Assembly (NCBI GenBank): GCA_003971905.1
Contig: RSEE01000006.1
Location: forward strand, 682,001-746,000
DNA length: 64,000 nucleotides
Reading direction: 5' to 3'
From: Moniliella sp. 'wahieum'
Taxonomy: Eukaryota
Position numbers and translations under genes: made by a program. This document shows, piece after piece, positions 52,150 to 64,000 of the stretch. Numbering within the stretch: position 1 is the stretch's first letter; the number at the start of each line of letters is the position of its first letter. Under the pieces are notes generated by a model that worked only from the letters and a program-made list of their open reading frames with translations, did no database searches and was not told the DNA's origin.

Positions 52150-54149
52150 ACCGGCCAAAAAATGCTTGGGCCAGGGTGGCAGTCCACATGCAGGCGTATT
52201 GTGGTGTAGTTCTGTTCGCAGCCATAGCTGCAGACGTACTTCCACTGGTTCCATCTACGGGTTTTTTGAGTGGAAGGAGCGGGAGGGTAGATCACTGATG
52301 ACTAGAATTGAGCGCGGCTGACATATATGTCGGTTTGCGACCTCTACCATTTGAGTTATCAACTTCCAGACGTCTTTGCGGATTGACCGGCACACTGGTT
52401 CTGTTTCGAGATAAGTTCGGGACCATGCGTCAATATTCCAGAAAATACATTTGGGCCAAATACAGTGTGTGCATACGGTGCTGGAGAGATTCTAATGAAG
52501 CAAAGGGATACTTCGCACACCAATGATTATACTCGGATCCTCTCTCCTCAAACATTTGCTCGGCTACGGCGGGTACGGTTGCGGCAGCGGCGAGGTCCGT
52601 CTCCGCAGAATCCGGAGGAGCTTTGCAGAATGGGATCAGTCTGTTTCGGATCGAGTAGAGCGCATCGCTCGTGGAGAGGAGGTCGCCGCCGATATCCTTC
52701 AGGAACAGCCATCCCACACAGGAGCAGGCCTACCTGCTGCCGTGGACAACCACATGGGCCTCAATCGTCCAAACGCTGCCTCTCCCAGGCGTATGGGGAA
52801 AACGGCAAAAGGCCAACCGTAGAACTCGGGTGTGGATTGACGGACCGGGATTGATCGAGGTGGAAGCCTGGGCCGGTGCACCAAGAAAATGCGATCACAT
52901 TGACACCAGCACCCGATGAGTCACGGTTCACCCGCTGGCGGTAAGAACCGACAACGGCTTCGACCTGAGAAACTAGGTTGGAATGCGCATGAAGAGCGTG
53001 CATTACACTGTCATTTACTAGGACCGGACTGCAGCAGGGAGAATGGGAGATGGATGCATGTTCATTCCTTAGTACTTGCATTTACGCAACCCGGCCGTAG
53101 CGAAAAGAGGGAGGCTGGGTCTGCTCCCGCTCTCGTTGCTGCTGGCGCTGCTGCCTAGCCTGGCGGCGGATTCCTGCCAGTCGGCTTTTGCCTTGACCCC
53201 ACGGCTGGTGTGGGCCAGCAGACGGAGCACGGGTGTTTTGGACAGTGTGTACAGGGGATGAAGAGGGAACATGCCATACCCAAGGGTCATTGACACTGCG
53301 AATAATGGCCTCTCTCAGTCCCTGTAGGTACAGCTGCCCGTCGACTGCTATAATCCCGGCGTCCACGTAGGGGCGCGCTTCTTTGGGTAACGCATCAGTC
53401 GCCGCACGAAGAATATTGCCTGTTTGGATTTCGTTGTCGGAAAACAGTACAAGATCCGTTTCGAGCAGATCCGGCAGGTGATATGGCGCTACCGTTCCGT
53501 AGCGATTGGCGCTAATTTCGGCGGAGCGGGCTTGCAGAGCTTTTTTCATGGGAGCTTGTTCCTGCAGCGCCGTGCGCAACCGTATCCACGTCTTTGGTTC
53601 GCCGCACCGTATATCGGCCAGCCGACCATTGCGGCCCGTGAGACCTTGAACGGCGTAGCCCCACGCGTGTTCTTGGGTGGTAAACGGATTACGCTCGAAC
53701 TGTTGATCGACGATGCGAATCCAAGTAGGGAGGGTGAAGGGATCATCGTCCCATTCCGGAATCACAATGTCGGAGTTGCCGTTTCTTGTGCCCTCAAGTT
53801 GAGGGTGACGGTGGTGGTCGCCCATCTGCAGCGACCTAACAGCCGAACGTAACTCATCGAGTTCTCGTTCGACAGAGCCCCCGAGAGTTCCGCTAGCGTT
53901 TTCAAGGCCGTACTTGTCAAAAGTGCTGTAGGCATCTTCGGAAGAGGGACCGCAGGTAATGCCGTGTTCGTGGAGCCGCTGGCGAACCCACTCCACCTTG
54001 TACTTGTCCGTAAGAGCCTGGATGCGTCTGGTCGCTTCGGGGGCAGTCCGGCAGCTGCTCCTGAGCAAACCGAGAGTGAGCGGAGCAGAGGTGCCTCGGC
54101 CCTGGTCTGTAAGCCCTTGGAAATCGTCACCTTCAGACTGCATTGTCAA
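52150..54149 (-). mobile_element. Decayed Ty3/Gypsy-like retroelement (open gag, degenerate knuckle/protease/RT start)
   Basis: 355-aa ORF 53082..54149 with capsid-like pattern IPEWDDDP..LPTWI...YAVQGLTG...TWIRLRTAL; CKY*GMNMH knuckle remnant at ~53054-53080; DSSGAGVNVI and GWLFLK protease-like motifs; KKP.DG..WKYVC.Y RT-like remnant at ~52225-52270. No LTR seen. Confidence 0.6.
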
Positions 54150-55903
54150 TGGTCAAGTCAACAGAGTTATCAACAGAGGACTTGTCAACAGAGGAAGACA
54201 GCGGCGAAAGCTTTTTGGAAAAGATCTCGCCCGCAATTAATGTAGCCACGTTCTGGTCCACCCGGCTATGGAGACCGCAATGGAAGCAGTAATGCGTTTA
54301 GGACAGTATAGCGTAGGCGATTGATGGCGCGCGAGAGATGGGCGTTGGTGGTAGAAAGCATGACGATTGAGAGGGTTACAACAGGGGAAAAGGTTACTTG
54401 TCGGTGGCTTACGCGATTACGCGTACATCGCGCCATGCATCAGCGCATCAGCAGTCTTCGGAGCCTTCTGCGGCGCCTCGGGGCTAGTGAGGCCGGAAGT
54501 GCACCGCGATCGGTGAAGCAAGTCACTAGTCACCGTCGCAACACGAGTAACATATGATTCTGGCATGGAAACAGCAAGCACAACGTCCCTCCTGCTTTTT
54601 TGCGCTCGGCCTGGCTGCCAGACCGCCTCAGCGCGTGACTGCACCACGTGACGGTCACTCTTCCTCGGGTCTCAGGGTCTCAGGGCCTCAGGAGAGCCTC
54701 AGGGCATTATCGACATTGATATTTGTAGGCCAGTAGTATGGCCATGCACAGCCCCAGGCCATTCGTCCCGGCTGCCACTGAAGTCATCACCTCATTCTCC
54801 TCATCCGTCTCATCTCATCCTTCTGCCCGTAAGGCTCCTTAGGCCAACAATATTGGTATCGACCATCGATCACATACATGTCACACCCCACTAGTCAATG
54901 TGGGGACCGCAGTGCCGACAGGGGCGGTTTTTAGGTTTTCTTTTGCCGGAACGGAAGTGGGCTCAGGCGCTCAGCTCAGGCTGAGCTGAGTCGCTGTTGA
55001 GCATCCGAGGATCAACACATCAGCCTCGCCATATTGCCTCGCGTCCCTGTTCGTCCGCCATTGTCATTCATGTCACTGTCATTGATCATCGCCATCGATC
55101 ATCGAGATCATCTCTTTCTTATCATTGCCTGCCCAGCGGGAGAGGGAACTGGAAAAGGCGACGCGGAGCACTGACGCGTGACTGTCAGCGCCATCATGCA
55201 TGCAGCTGATCACGCATCACGCATCGCGCGTTCTATCCGACTCTCCTCTATGTTCTGCCCCTAACGGGCTCCTCTTGGAATAGATCCATCACCTCCCTCT
55301 GTCTTCTTCTTTCCGTAGGCCTTTGTCCTCGCATTTTTAACAGTGACGCCTCCCAGGTGCCAGGCATGGCCTCGCCACATGTCACACGAGAAGCTCAGAG
55401 GCTCATCCTCCGCGGACAATCGAAACATGGGGTGCATCATCATTCGGGGGTGGCCGGTGGGATGTTTTGAAGCCCTGAAGCTTGCTTGAAGCTTGAAGTA
55501 GTCTGAACGTACCCTGAGCGTGGAACATACTGAACATGAACGTGGCGGCGGTAGACTTGGGAGTGGGAACCGTGCACATCCCCCGTCCCACATCACACAC
55601 CCTGCATCATACATCATCGATGCATCATCGAGCATCCCCGCACCGGATCAGTGTGGGGCTGTGTCTGCTTGTGCCTCTTCTACACGCAGGCAGGGCGCGA
55701 GTGTAAGAATCGTCTCCGCCAGCCCACCAGCCACTCGCTCGTGCGCAGCCCCCTCCCGCTGGCACGCCGTCAGTGTGCGGTACGTGGCTCGGCAATGGCC
55801 TGCCACGGTAGCGCTTACAGCACTGCATTCGTCTCCATCCAGCTCGCCCTGTCGCCCTTCAAGCTTCATCTTGCCTGCCCTCCCCCACCACTTCCATGCC
55901 ACC

Positions 55904-58631
55904 ATGGGCATCGGCCACTTGATCAAGAAGAACATCACCAACCCCTCCGAGCTGCGCGCCAACTTTGAGCGTCTTGCCGTTAGCGTGCAGTCCACCATCA
56001 ACCCAACCACCGCCACGATGAGAAGGGAGCAGGAACTGGATGAGCAGCGCGAAGCCGTCTGCGCGTCTCATCGCATGCGCAGCTTTGCGCCCGAGCGCGA
56101 CGGCAATACCGTCAAGTGGTACTCGGATGGGTGCGACTACTTTTGGGCCTTGAGCGAAATTCTGGACAAGGCCGAGAGCCACATCTTTATTCTCGACTGG
56201 TGGCTCACTCCCGAACTTTATCTCCGACGCCCGGCCCATCTGTTTGAGCAGTACCGCCTGCCTGATCGCATCCTCAAGCGTAAGGCAGAGCAGGGCGTGC
56301 GCATCTTCATTGTTGTGTACAAGGAAGTCACCCAGACAATGACCATGTCCTCGTCCTGGACCAAGCACTACCTTGAGGACCTGCACCCCAACATCCAGGT
56401 CTATCGTCACCCTGACCACTTGGGTGGCGAGGTGACCCTCATGTGGTCGCACCATGAGAAGGTACGTGCGTCTTCCCATACCATATGACCTTGATCCTTA
56501 CCCTCCCCCAGCTCGTCGTCGTAGACAACACCTACGCCTGTGTGGGCGGCCTTGACATCTGCTATGGCCGCTGGGACACTCACTCGCATCCTCTTTCGGA
56601 TGTGCACCTTGGCGACTACACCCGCACCATTTTCCCAGGTCAAGACTACAACATGCCCGCATCGAGGATTTCCACAATGTTAAGGACTACATGAGCAACA
56701 ACCAGAGCCGCACCGTTATTGGACGCATGCCATGGCATGATGTCCACGTCATGCTCTACGGGCCTGCGGTACTCGATGTGGCAGCACACTTTATTCAGCG
56801 CTGGTCATTCCTCAAGTCGTTCAAGTATAAGAGCGAAAAGCGCATGCCTTTCCTTGCTCTTCCAGCGGTTCAGACGAGAACCCTGAGCTGATTGACCCTC
56901 AGTTTAGCTTCCTTGAGGGACACCCGCATTTGATGAAGATGGCCCAGCACGGCGAACGATTCCGCCACCCGTTCCATTCGGGTCACCGTACCGAGTTCAT
57001 TGCGCCTCAAGCCGGTGACAATGCCGCTGTTGGCAAGGCCAAGGTGCAAGTTCTTCGTTCCAGTGCCGATTGGAGTCTGGGTATTCTTACAGAGCACTCC
57101 ATCCAAAACGCGTACATCGAGATGATCACACAGGCCGAGCACTGCATCTACATCGAGAACCAAGTACGTTTCTTCAGCCCATCTTTCCTTTCCATGCTTG
57201 TGGCACTGACGTGGGGTATGCTTCCAGTTCTTCATCACTTCGACAACTGAAGAAGGTGTAGTTAAGAACAGATCGGGCTGCCCTGGTAGCACGCATCCTG
57301 CGCGCCCACCAGGAGGGGACCAAGTTGAAGATCATTGTCATCATTCCCACCATCCCGTGCTTTTCCGGTGAACTTGACAAGGCAGCTGGTATCCGTGCAA
57401 TCATGGAGTACCAGTACCTCTCCATTAGCCGTGGGGAGAACAGCATCTTTGGTCAGCTGCGCACTGCGGGAGTGGATGCGAACGAGTATATCTCCTTCTA
57501 CCACCACCTGCGCGGGTACGACCGGATCAACTATTCCAAGGAACTTGTCAAGGAGATTGAGAAACGCAGCGGGGTGACTTATCATCAATCTCAGGTCGCC
57601 CTAGCGCGGGTGTTCAATGGCAACGCCGAAGACGACATGGGGGTAGACGAGAAGGGCCAGCCCAAGGGTCCACTCCATAAGCCTGCTGTCAAGATCTACG
57701 ACCCTGAGGTGCCTCTTCCCAAGGGTACTGTAGCTCCTCCATTCTCGGGTACTCCGCAGACGATCAAGGAAGTACCCATGCCAACCACTGTGGCCGAGGC
57801 CGAGTCGATCCTTCAGCGATTCCAGGCTGCTGCACGTGAAGTGTTGGACCCCAATGTGAAGGACACGGTGGCGGACGATATCCTTCTCGGGCAAGGCAAG
57901 CCGAGCGAGGAAGCGTGGCAGACCAATCCGGCGGAAGAAGTCAGTCTCTGGGTCACGGAGGAAACGTACATTCACTCGAAGCTGATGATTGTCGATGATC
58001 GTCGGGTTCTGATCGGATCGGCGAACTTGAACGAACGCTCCCAACGGGGCGATCGGGACAGTGAGATTGCTGTGCTGATCGAGGACGAAGAGATGTTTGA
58101 TTCGACGATGAACGGTCAACCGTACCGGGCGGCCAATTTGCTGCCTCCTTCCGCCGTCATCTCTGGCGGCAGCATCTGGGTCTCATTCCTCCGCAGGTGG
58201 TCACCCCGGAGGCGGCCCGCTCCTTCCCGACTGCAGGCATGAAGCCTGTCCCTGCCCCCAACCCGGACCCGTCGAGCTTGGAGGCGCAAGCCGACGAATA
58301 CGAGAAGCTCGTATCGGACCCACTGGGAGAGGAGGTGGAACGTGTGTGGAAGGAGAATGCGACGACCAACACGAAAGCATTTGACGATGTCTTCCATCCC
58401 GTCCCGTCGGATCGGGTGGCGTCGTGGAATGCCTACCACAAGTATTTCCCTACCACACCCATCGTAACAGGCCATGTGGCCGACTCGAACGCCGACCCGA
58501 AGTGGGTCCGTGACCGGTTGTCGGTCGTGCGTGGCTCGCTGATCAACTTTGCCCACCACTTCCTAAGCGAGGAAGACTTGATCACAACCGACGTGGAGGT
58601 AAACCAGCTCACGCTGGACATTTACCTCTAG
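55904..58631 (+). CDS. Phospholipase D (two HKD motifs, no evident PX/PH)
   Basis: [37 protein letters not shown] (intron 56462-56511), [28 protein letters not shown] (intron 57164-57227), [32 protein letters not shown]. Confidence 0.95.
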
Positions 58632-59259
58632 TTTTCTTGGACTATTGAAAGCTGAAATGGGTTGCATGATGGTGATGGTACAGGCTGTCTGTTTTATATG
58701 AACGGCATGGCGCGTCAGCCTGGAATCCCTTTTCCCGTTCCCTTCTATATGCCTGTTCCGTATACTTTGTCCTGGCTAACTCATGAAAATCAACATGGAT
58801 GATACAGACGTTTTGTCGGAGTAGATTTTCTTGGTGCGTCCCCGATGGCGACGATGTGTAGAAGATGATGGACAATAGTTTTCTGCCTATGAGGCTAAGC
58901 GCATCCAACTGTAGTTGCTGCTTGCTAGGCTGCTCGCTGAGCACTGACGGGGTGTGATTGGTATTGAATGTTGATGGCGGATCGTTATTAGTAGGCTGGC
59001 GTGGTTCAGATGTGGTGCTTGTGCACCACGCCACCTTGGGCAACTGCCTGCCTGTCTCCCCTAGCTCAGTGCCAGGACACTCTTTGCGGCTTTGCGGGAC
59101 AAGCACCATCACTTTCCCCAACAGTGACAACCAGTGGTGGATTGCCGCGCCCTTTTTTTGTTACCACGGTCAGCGAGAGGTCTGTGCCACACCTTCCACA
59201 CCCGCGCTAAGCCGCCATCGACACACGCCCTGGGATCTGTTAGTACCACTATGCCACAT

Positions 59260-62200
59260 TGTTGGGACCCGTGGTCCCGTACTTAGGCCAAGGCGCCTCA
59301 TCACCCTTCACCCCTGATTTGTCCTCCGAAGCCTCCACGTGTATACTCAGGCTTGTCTGAACCCCTGTCTCTAGTGTGGCACAAGGCTTAGACCTTAACC
59401 ACCACCATCGCGATTGCATTGCTCTACATTTCCAGAGGTTCTTCACCCAATCCCTTGGGTTCCTCCGGTCTTACAGAGTTACAATCCTCTTGACGCTCAG
59501 CCCTGAGCCTTCCACTCTTACACTCTTCGGTCCTCCGCTGCCGGCCCTATCCACAAGCGCTTGCTCGAACTGCGTAAGCTAATGGCAAGCATCATGAGCT
59601 CTCAGACTCAGGAGTCTTGGTTCAACTCCTCAACCCCTACTTCACCAACTGCCGGAGCAGAAGAGAGCACCACTCCCGTCGGAGTTGACCACGCCTCCCC
59701 GCCGCTGACACCATCGCGTGAATCTACCCCTACACCTCAACCCACCCCCGTGGGCCCCGACAACACCGCGAACGACGTCGCCACCCTCGCCGACCGCATT
59801 CGCAACATGTTCAAATTGTTTCCCGAACACATCACCCTCAAACAGCTACAGGACACTGGTATCAAGCTTGGGTACAGCGAAAAGACGACCACAGAAGCCA
59901 TTGTCATGTTATCATGTGAGAATCCACCCAATGCGAGCAAGAACGAAGGTGCCTTATCGTCAACTCCGGCCGTCGACGACAACCCGTGGGCTTTGACTCC
60001 CGACAAGCTCCTCCGTAGTGCCACTCGCAGCAACGTGCCGTACCACGAGCGTTTCCACAACAACAGCTCGTTTTGGTTATGGACCCGGATCTTCCTCCCT
60101 CGTATCCAGATTATCCCTGGAGCGCGTGAGCATCTGGAACAGGGCAAGGCCCTGGACGGGTATAACGCAGAACTGGACGCTCACTTGGCCAACATTCTAC
60201 TCCCGTGGATAGACTCCGACGTCGTCCAGCAGATCACCGGCGATGGCACGCCGGCTCTAGGGTCTGCATACTATCATGCTCTGCGTGATTTGTACGGCAC
60301 CGTTTCAGACACTGAGATCTGTGATATCCTCATAAAGGTTCTCACTCTCAAAATGGGCACCAAGTCGGGCCGCCAATACCTGAATGAGTTCACTGTGGCG
60401 GTAACCCAGTACGAGATGACGTCCAAGTCCAAGCTGGACGAGATTGGTCTAGCACAGATGCTACGGAAAGGCGTTACTGATCAGGGTGGTTGCACCTCCA
60501 TCGTAACAGCAGCTACGCCGAATTGCGCCGAGCAGTGAGCGAACTCAAAGGCTCCAACTACGGCAGTACCTCCAGTTCAAGCCCAGCTCCCTCCAGTACG
60601 GCCCCTTCGGAAGCCACGTCGCACAGCCAAACAAGCAGTACGGTGACAGGCCGCGGACGAGGCCGAGGTGGCAGCGGGTACAGAGGAAGTCACCGTGGTG
60701 GCCAACGTGGCGGCCACTTTAGCCGGCCGGCTACGACAGCCCAGACCACCTCATCTGCCCATGCAGTAACCCCTATGGCAGCCACTACACCACCCAAGCC
60801 AGCCAACCTCCCTGCGCAACACGATTCAGGTGCGAGACCATCCGTATTCAATGAACGAAGTGCGTTTATCAATCTTCGTCCACACCGCGAGCCCATAGCA
60901 GTGGCAACGGACAGATCGCATACACTGAAGGCATTGGCACCATCTCTATGTACATTCAACCCAGAACGGAGCCCCTATCCGCATCCACCTACCCGGCAGC
61001 TTGTACTGCCCCACCTTCCCGACCAACCTGCTCAGCGCTTACCATCTATCTATCGCAGGCATTGGCAGCTGGATCCCTCCAGGTGGCCATGGTCTCTATC
61101 TCGGACGACACGGCGAACCTTTTCGTCTCGCCGCCGACTCAAGCTATTCCCTTACTCTGGCGCCCAATACGACAGCCACAGCCAACAGCGCCACTTCGCT
61201 ACTCAACCTTGATGCAACCCTGGTCAAGGTGAAAAACGCCCACATCCGATGGAATCATGCACCTCTAGATCAACTTTCATCCTCTCACGTCGGATGACCC
61301 AGCATTCGAACGGGTCAACAGTGGCGACATCGCTTTAGTCCGGTCCTCGTGGCACTGTGCACCATGCGCATTAAGCAGAGCCACTGCCCCACCCACGCCA
61401 CGACTGGACGCCCAATCCGAACCATTCGCCCTTTCTCTCTCCTCCACCTCGACGTCCTTGACATATCCCGCAAGGCGGCGGGGTCATACTTACGCCCTTA
61501 TCATTGTCGACGACTTTACGCGGTATACCTGGACGCTACCCCTGGTGTCCAAGGGTGATGCCACAGCCGAACTTCAAGCCTTCATCCGGCGCGAGCATCG
61601 CCAACATCCCGACCGCCCCTTCAGACGGTCCGCTCTGACAATGCGCCTGAACTCACCACCGCAATGGACGAGTTTTACTGCGAGCTGGGAGTAGTGAGCG
61701 AGCGCACCAATCCTGGCGAAAGTGCGTCCAATGGGTCGCCGAACGCGCCATAAGATCGATTACGGATCGCGCTCGACTCATGGTAATCGCCAACAGATTG
61801 ACTCCCGACGAGTGGTGGGAACACAGCTTGTTGGCGGCCACATATGCACACAACCAGTCGCCGCCGAAAGCACTGGGTGGGGACAGCCGATTTGTCCGGT
61901 ACCATGGCTTCAAACCCTCCCTTCGCATGCGCGGTTTGGCACTCTTGCCTACCTGCACCTATTGCCCAACCAACGCGAGGGCGGCAAACTTGGTCCGCGG
62001 GCCGTCCCAGCAATGTTGGTGGGTTACGGGCACGGCCGCGGTTCGAAGGGGTGGCTCTTTGCCATCCACCAGGACGACGGCCAAGTTGGATTCCGTTGGA
62101 AAAAGCCGTCCACCTGGACGCATGTCCCGTACACCACCGAATATCCCACGCACTTTCATCTGGACCCCCTTGTCCCTGCTGGTGGCGGAGAGGTGCGGGG

Positions 62201-64000
62201 GGCGGAGAAATGGGTGCTGGTGGGAAGTCAGACAGCTCCCCACCCGGCGTGTGCGTTTTGCGATAGATGAACTGACCCGCGATACTAATGGTAAGAAAGA
62301 CAATGCCCCATGGAAAAAAAAATTAAAAGAACGAAAAACAGAGGCACATCGCCCGGCTCAAGCCAACGAAAATGAGAATTCAGAGCCTGGCCCCACTCCA
62401 CCAACTCCAACCCCCCACATGTATCCCCCCAACCTGTTGCATCTGACCCGCAGCATGGCACAACGCCAGGCAAAGCAAGCCGAAGAAAATGAAACTATCA
62501 CAGAAGATGCCGTTGACACTGGCCACCAAGTCCTGCTTTCCCCTCCCTCTTCCACTTCCCCTTCTCTCCCGCCCTATCCCCCCTCCCCTCTCTCCCCCAC
62601 CGACACGCTCGCCCCCGTGACCGTGCCCCTGACCGATACAGCCGTCCCCGCACTCGTGCGTCGCAATCCCGTTCGCCAAGCGCGTATCAACGCTCCACCC
62701 CTCGACCTGTCCATTCCAGCCAACGACAATTTGCGCGATGGCACCTTTTCCCTGCTCGTCAACAAGGCCCCTAGCATCTTTGGCAACCCGGCCGCCCTCT
62801 CCGCCCTAGGAATGCAGGCTTTGGTGAGTATTTTCGGACCAGCGCCGGACACATCCATGCTACCTGCTTCGGAGCCAAGCTCGCCCCCCATTGCACTCGC
62901 AATCGAATCCGCGGCAAGTGACACCGAGGTCATACTGACCACCGATGGGGTCCCGGTGGCCCCCAAGAACATCAAGAAGTTGGTGGGTCACCCTGCCTTT
63001 GATGGCGTACTCGAGGCAATGCGCCTCGAGCTTCGGCGTTTTGACGAGCGTGACGTGAAGGAAGTTGTACCCATCCCCCCAGGGATCAAACCCCTTCCCG
63101 GCATGTGGGTCATAGGTACTAAGACGGATGCGGATGCTAACTTCCTCAAGTACCGTGCCCGCTACGTTGTGGGAGGGCACCGGCAAGTTCCTGGCACATG
63201 GGCGAAATCTTTTGCTCCTGCCGTTCGTACTGCTGCCGTCAACACGCTAATTGCGTTGGCCGAAGCTGATGGCCTCCACTTATTTTCTGCCGATGTGGAA
63301 GCTGCCTACCTCTATGCCGATATCAACGAGCTCGTCTATGTTCGACCACCCCCCTTCTTCCCAGAAGCGCCCGGTCATTGCTGGAGACTCAAGAAAAGTC
63401 TCTATGGCCTGCACCAGAGCGGGGCCAACTTTGGAGATTGGCTCCGCACTTTCCTTTGCGACCGACTCCACTTCACTAGCCTAAAATCAGAGCCTTGCCT
63501 GTTCATACGTCGCACCGAACCTCTTGGCCTGATCCTAATCGCCGTCCACACTGACGACTTTTTGGTCGCGTGTCGGTCCCAAGAAGCGTATGATGAATTC
63601 TTAGTGGAATTAAGGCGCAGCATCCAAATTAAGTCCAACGGCCCCCTACGTTTCCATCTCGGCTGCCAATACGACCGTATCGATGGACGACTGTACATCA
63701 GCCAACCCAAATTCATCGCTGAGACGCTTGCCGCGCATGACATATCACCTCACCGGCCCCGCTACCTTCCAATCGGCCACCAACTTCCGCCTCCCAAGCG
63801 ACCCGAACACGAAAAGCGTGCCACTCGAGACGAGCACCGTGCCTACCGTTCTATTGTCGGATCCAGCTTGTGGGCGGCTCGTATGTCCCGGCCTGATGCC
63901 CTCTTTGCGGCTACCTTTTTAGCGCGGTTTATGGACGACCCGTCCGCCGCCCACCGACGCGCAGCGGAGGACCTATTACGTTTCTTCGCCGGTACGTCTG
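59260..64000 (+). mobile_element. Ty1/Copia LTR retrotransposon (gag-PR-INT-RT), truncated by the window end
   Basis: gag ~59582-60780; protease HDSGA..SVFN; integrase HIRWNH, FSLLHLDV, YALIIVDDFTRYTW, GKLGPRA...LVGY; RT KYRARYVVGG.RQ, DVEAAYL, LKKSLYGLHQSG, HTDD. INT lies before RT, the Copia order. A 5' LTR of TG..CA form at ~59260-59555 is tentative. Confidence 0.92.

Noticed and set aside
59183..59383. 10-bp inverted repeat TGTGCCACAC/GTGTGGCACA as possible MITE ends
   Set aside because: Short, no target-site duplication seen, and it straddles the tentative Copia LTR start.
62170..62345. G-rich then A-rich patch inside the Copia element, suspected inversion or insertion
   Set aside because: Reads as a plausible INT-RT linker (RFAIDELTRDTNGKKDNAPWKKKLKERK); no terminal repeats or target duplication.

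Overview
Gene-dense, GC-rich eukaryotic DNA from a basidiomycete fungus, most likely Ustilaginomycotina (inferred from an Adr1-type PKA, few short GT-AG introns and intron-containing tRNAs). Nearly every gene, including essential ones, is broken by single-base indels, often in homopolymers. This points to an unpolished long-read assembly, so coding boundaries are approximate and stitched across frames. Recognisable genes: bZIP factor, RING/TRAF zinc-finger protein, GPI-type alpha/beta-hydrolase-like protein, CaMK, ORC5, Rsa3, Na+/H+ antiporter, RPP1, Nup170, Bem2-like RasGEF/RhoGAP, IPI3, FUN14, CLASP-N protein, PKA, Rad60/Esc2-like protein, SEC11, methylmalonate-semialdehyde dehydrogenase and phospholipase D. 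The window also holds tRNA-Asp(GTC), tRNA-Ala(CGC), a decayed Ty3/Gypsy-like element with an open gag, and a Ty1/Copia element running off the right end. I cannot demonstrate a new multi-gene system. The most unusual signals are (1) upstream intergenic regions built from 7-10 bp tandem duplications and perfect inversions of palindromic words, (2) the open gag beside a ruined pol, (3) a long hairpin in the RPP1 intron, (4) two Helitron-like hairpin+CTAG ends, and (5) a stand-alone KRE6/SKN1-like membrane anchor lacking the GH16 domain.
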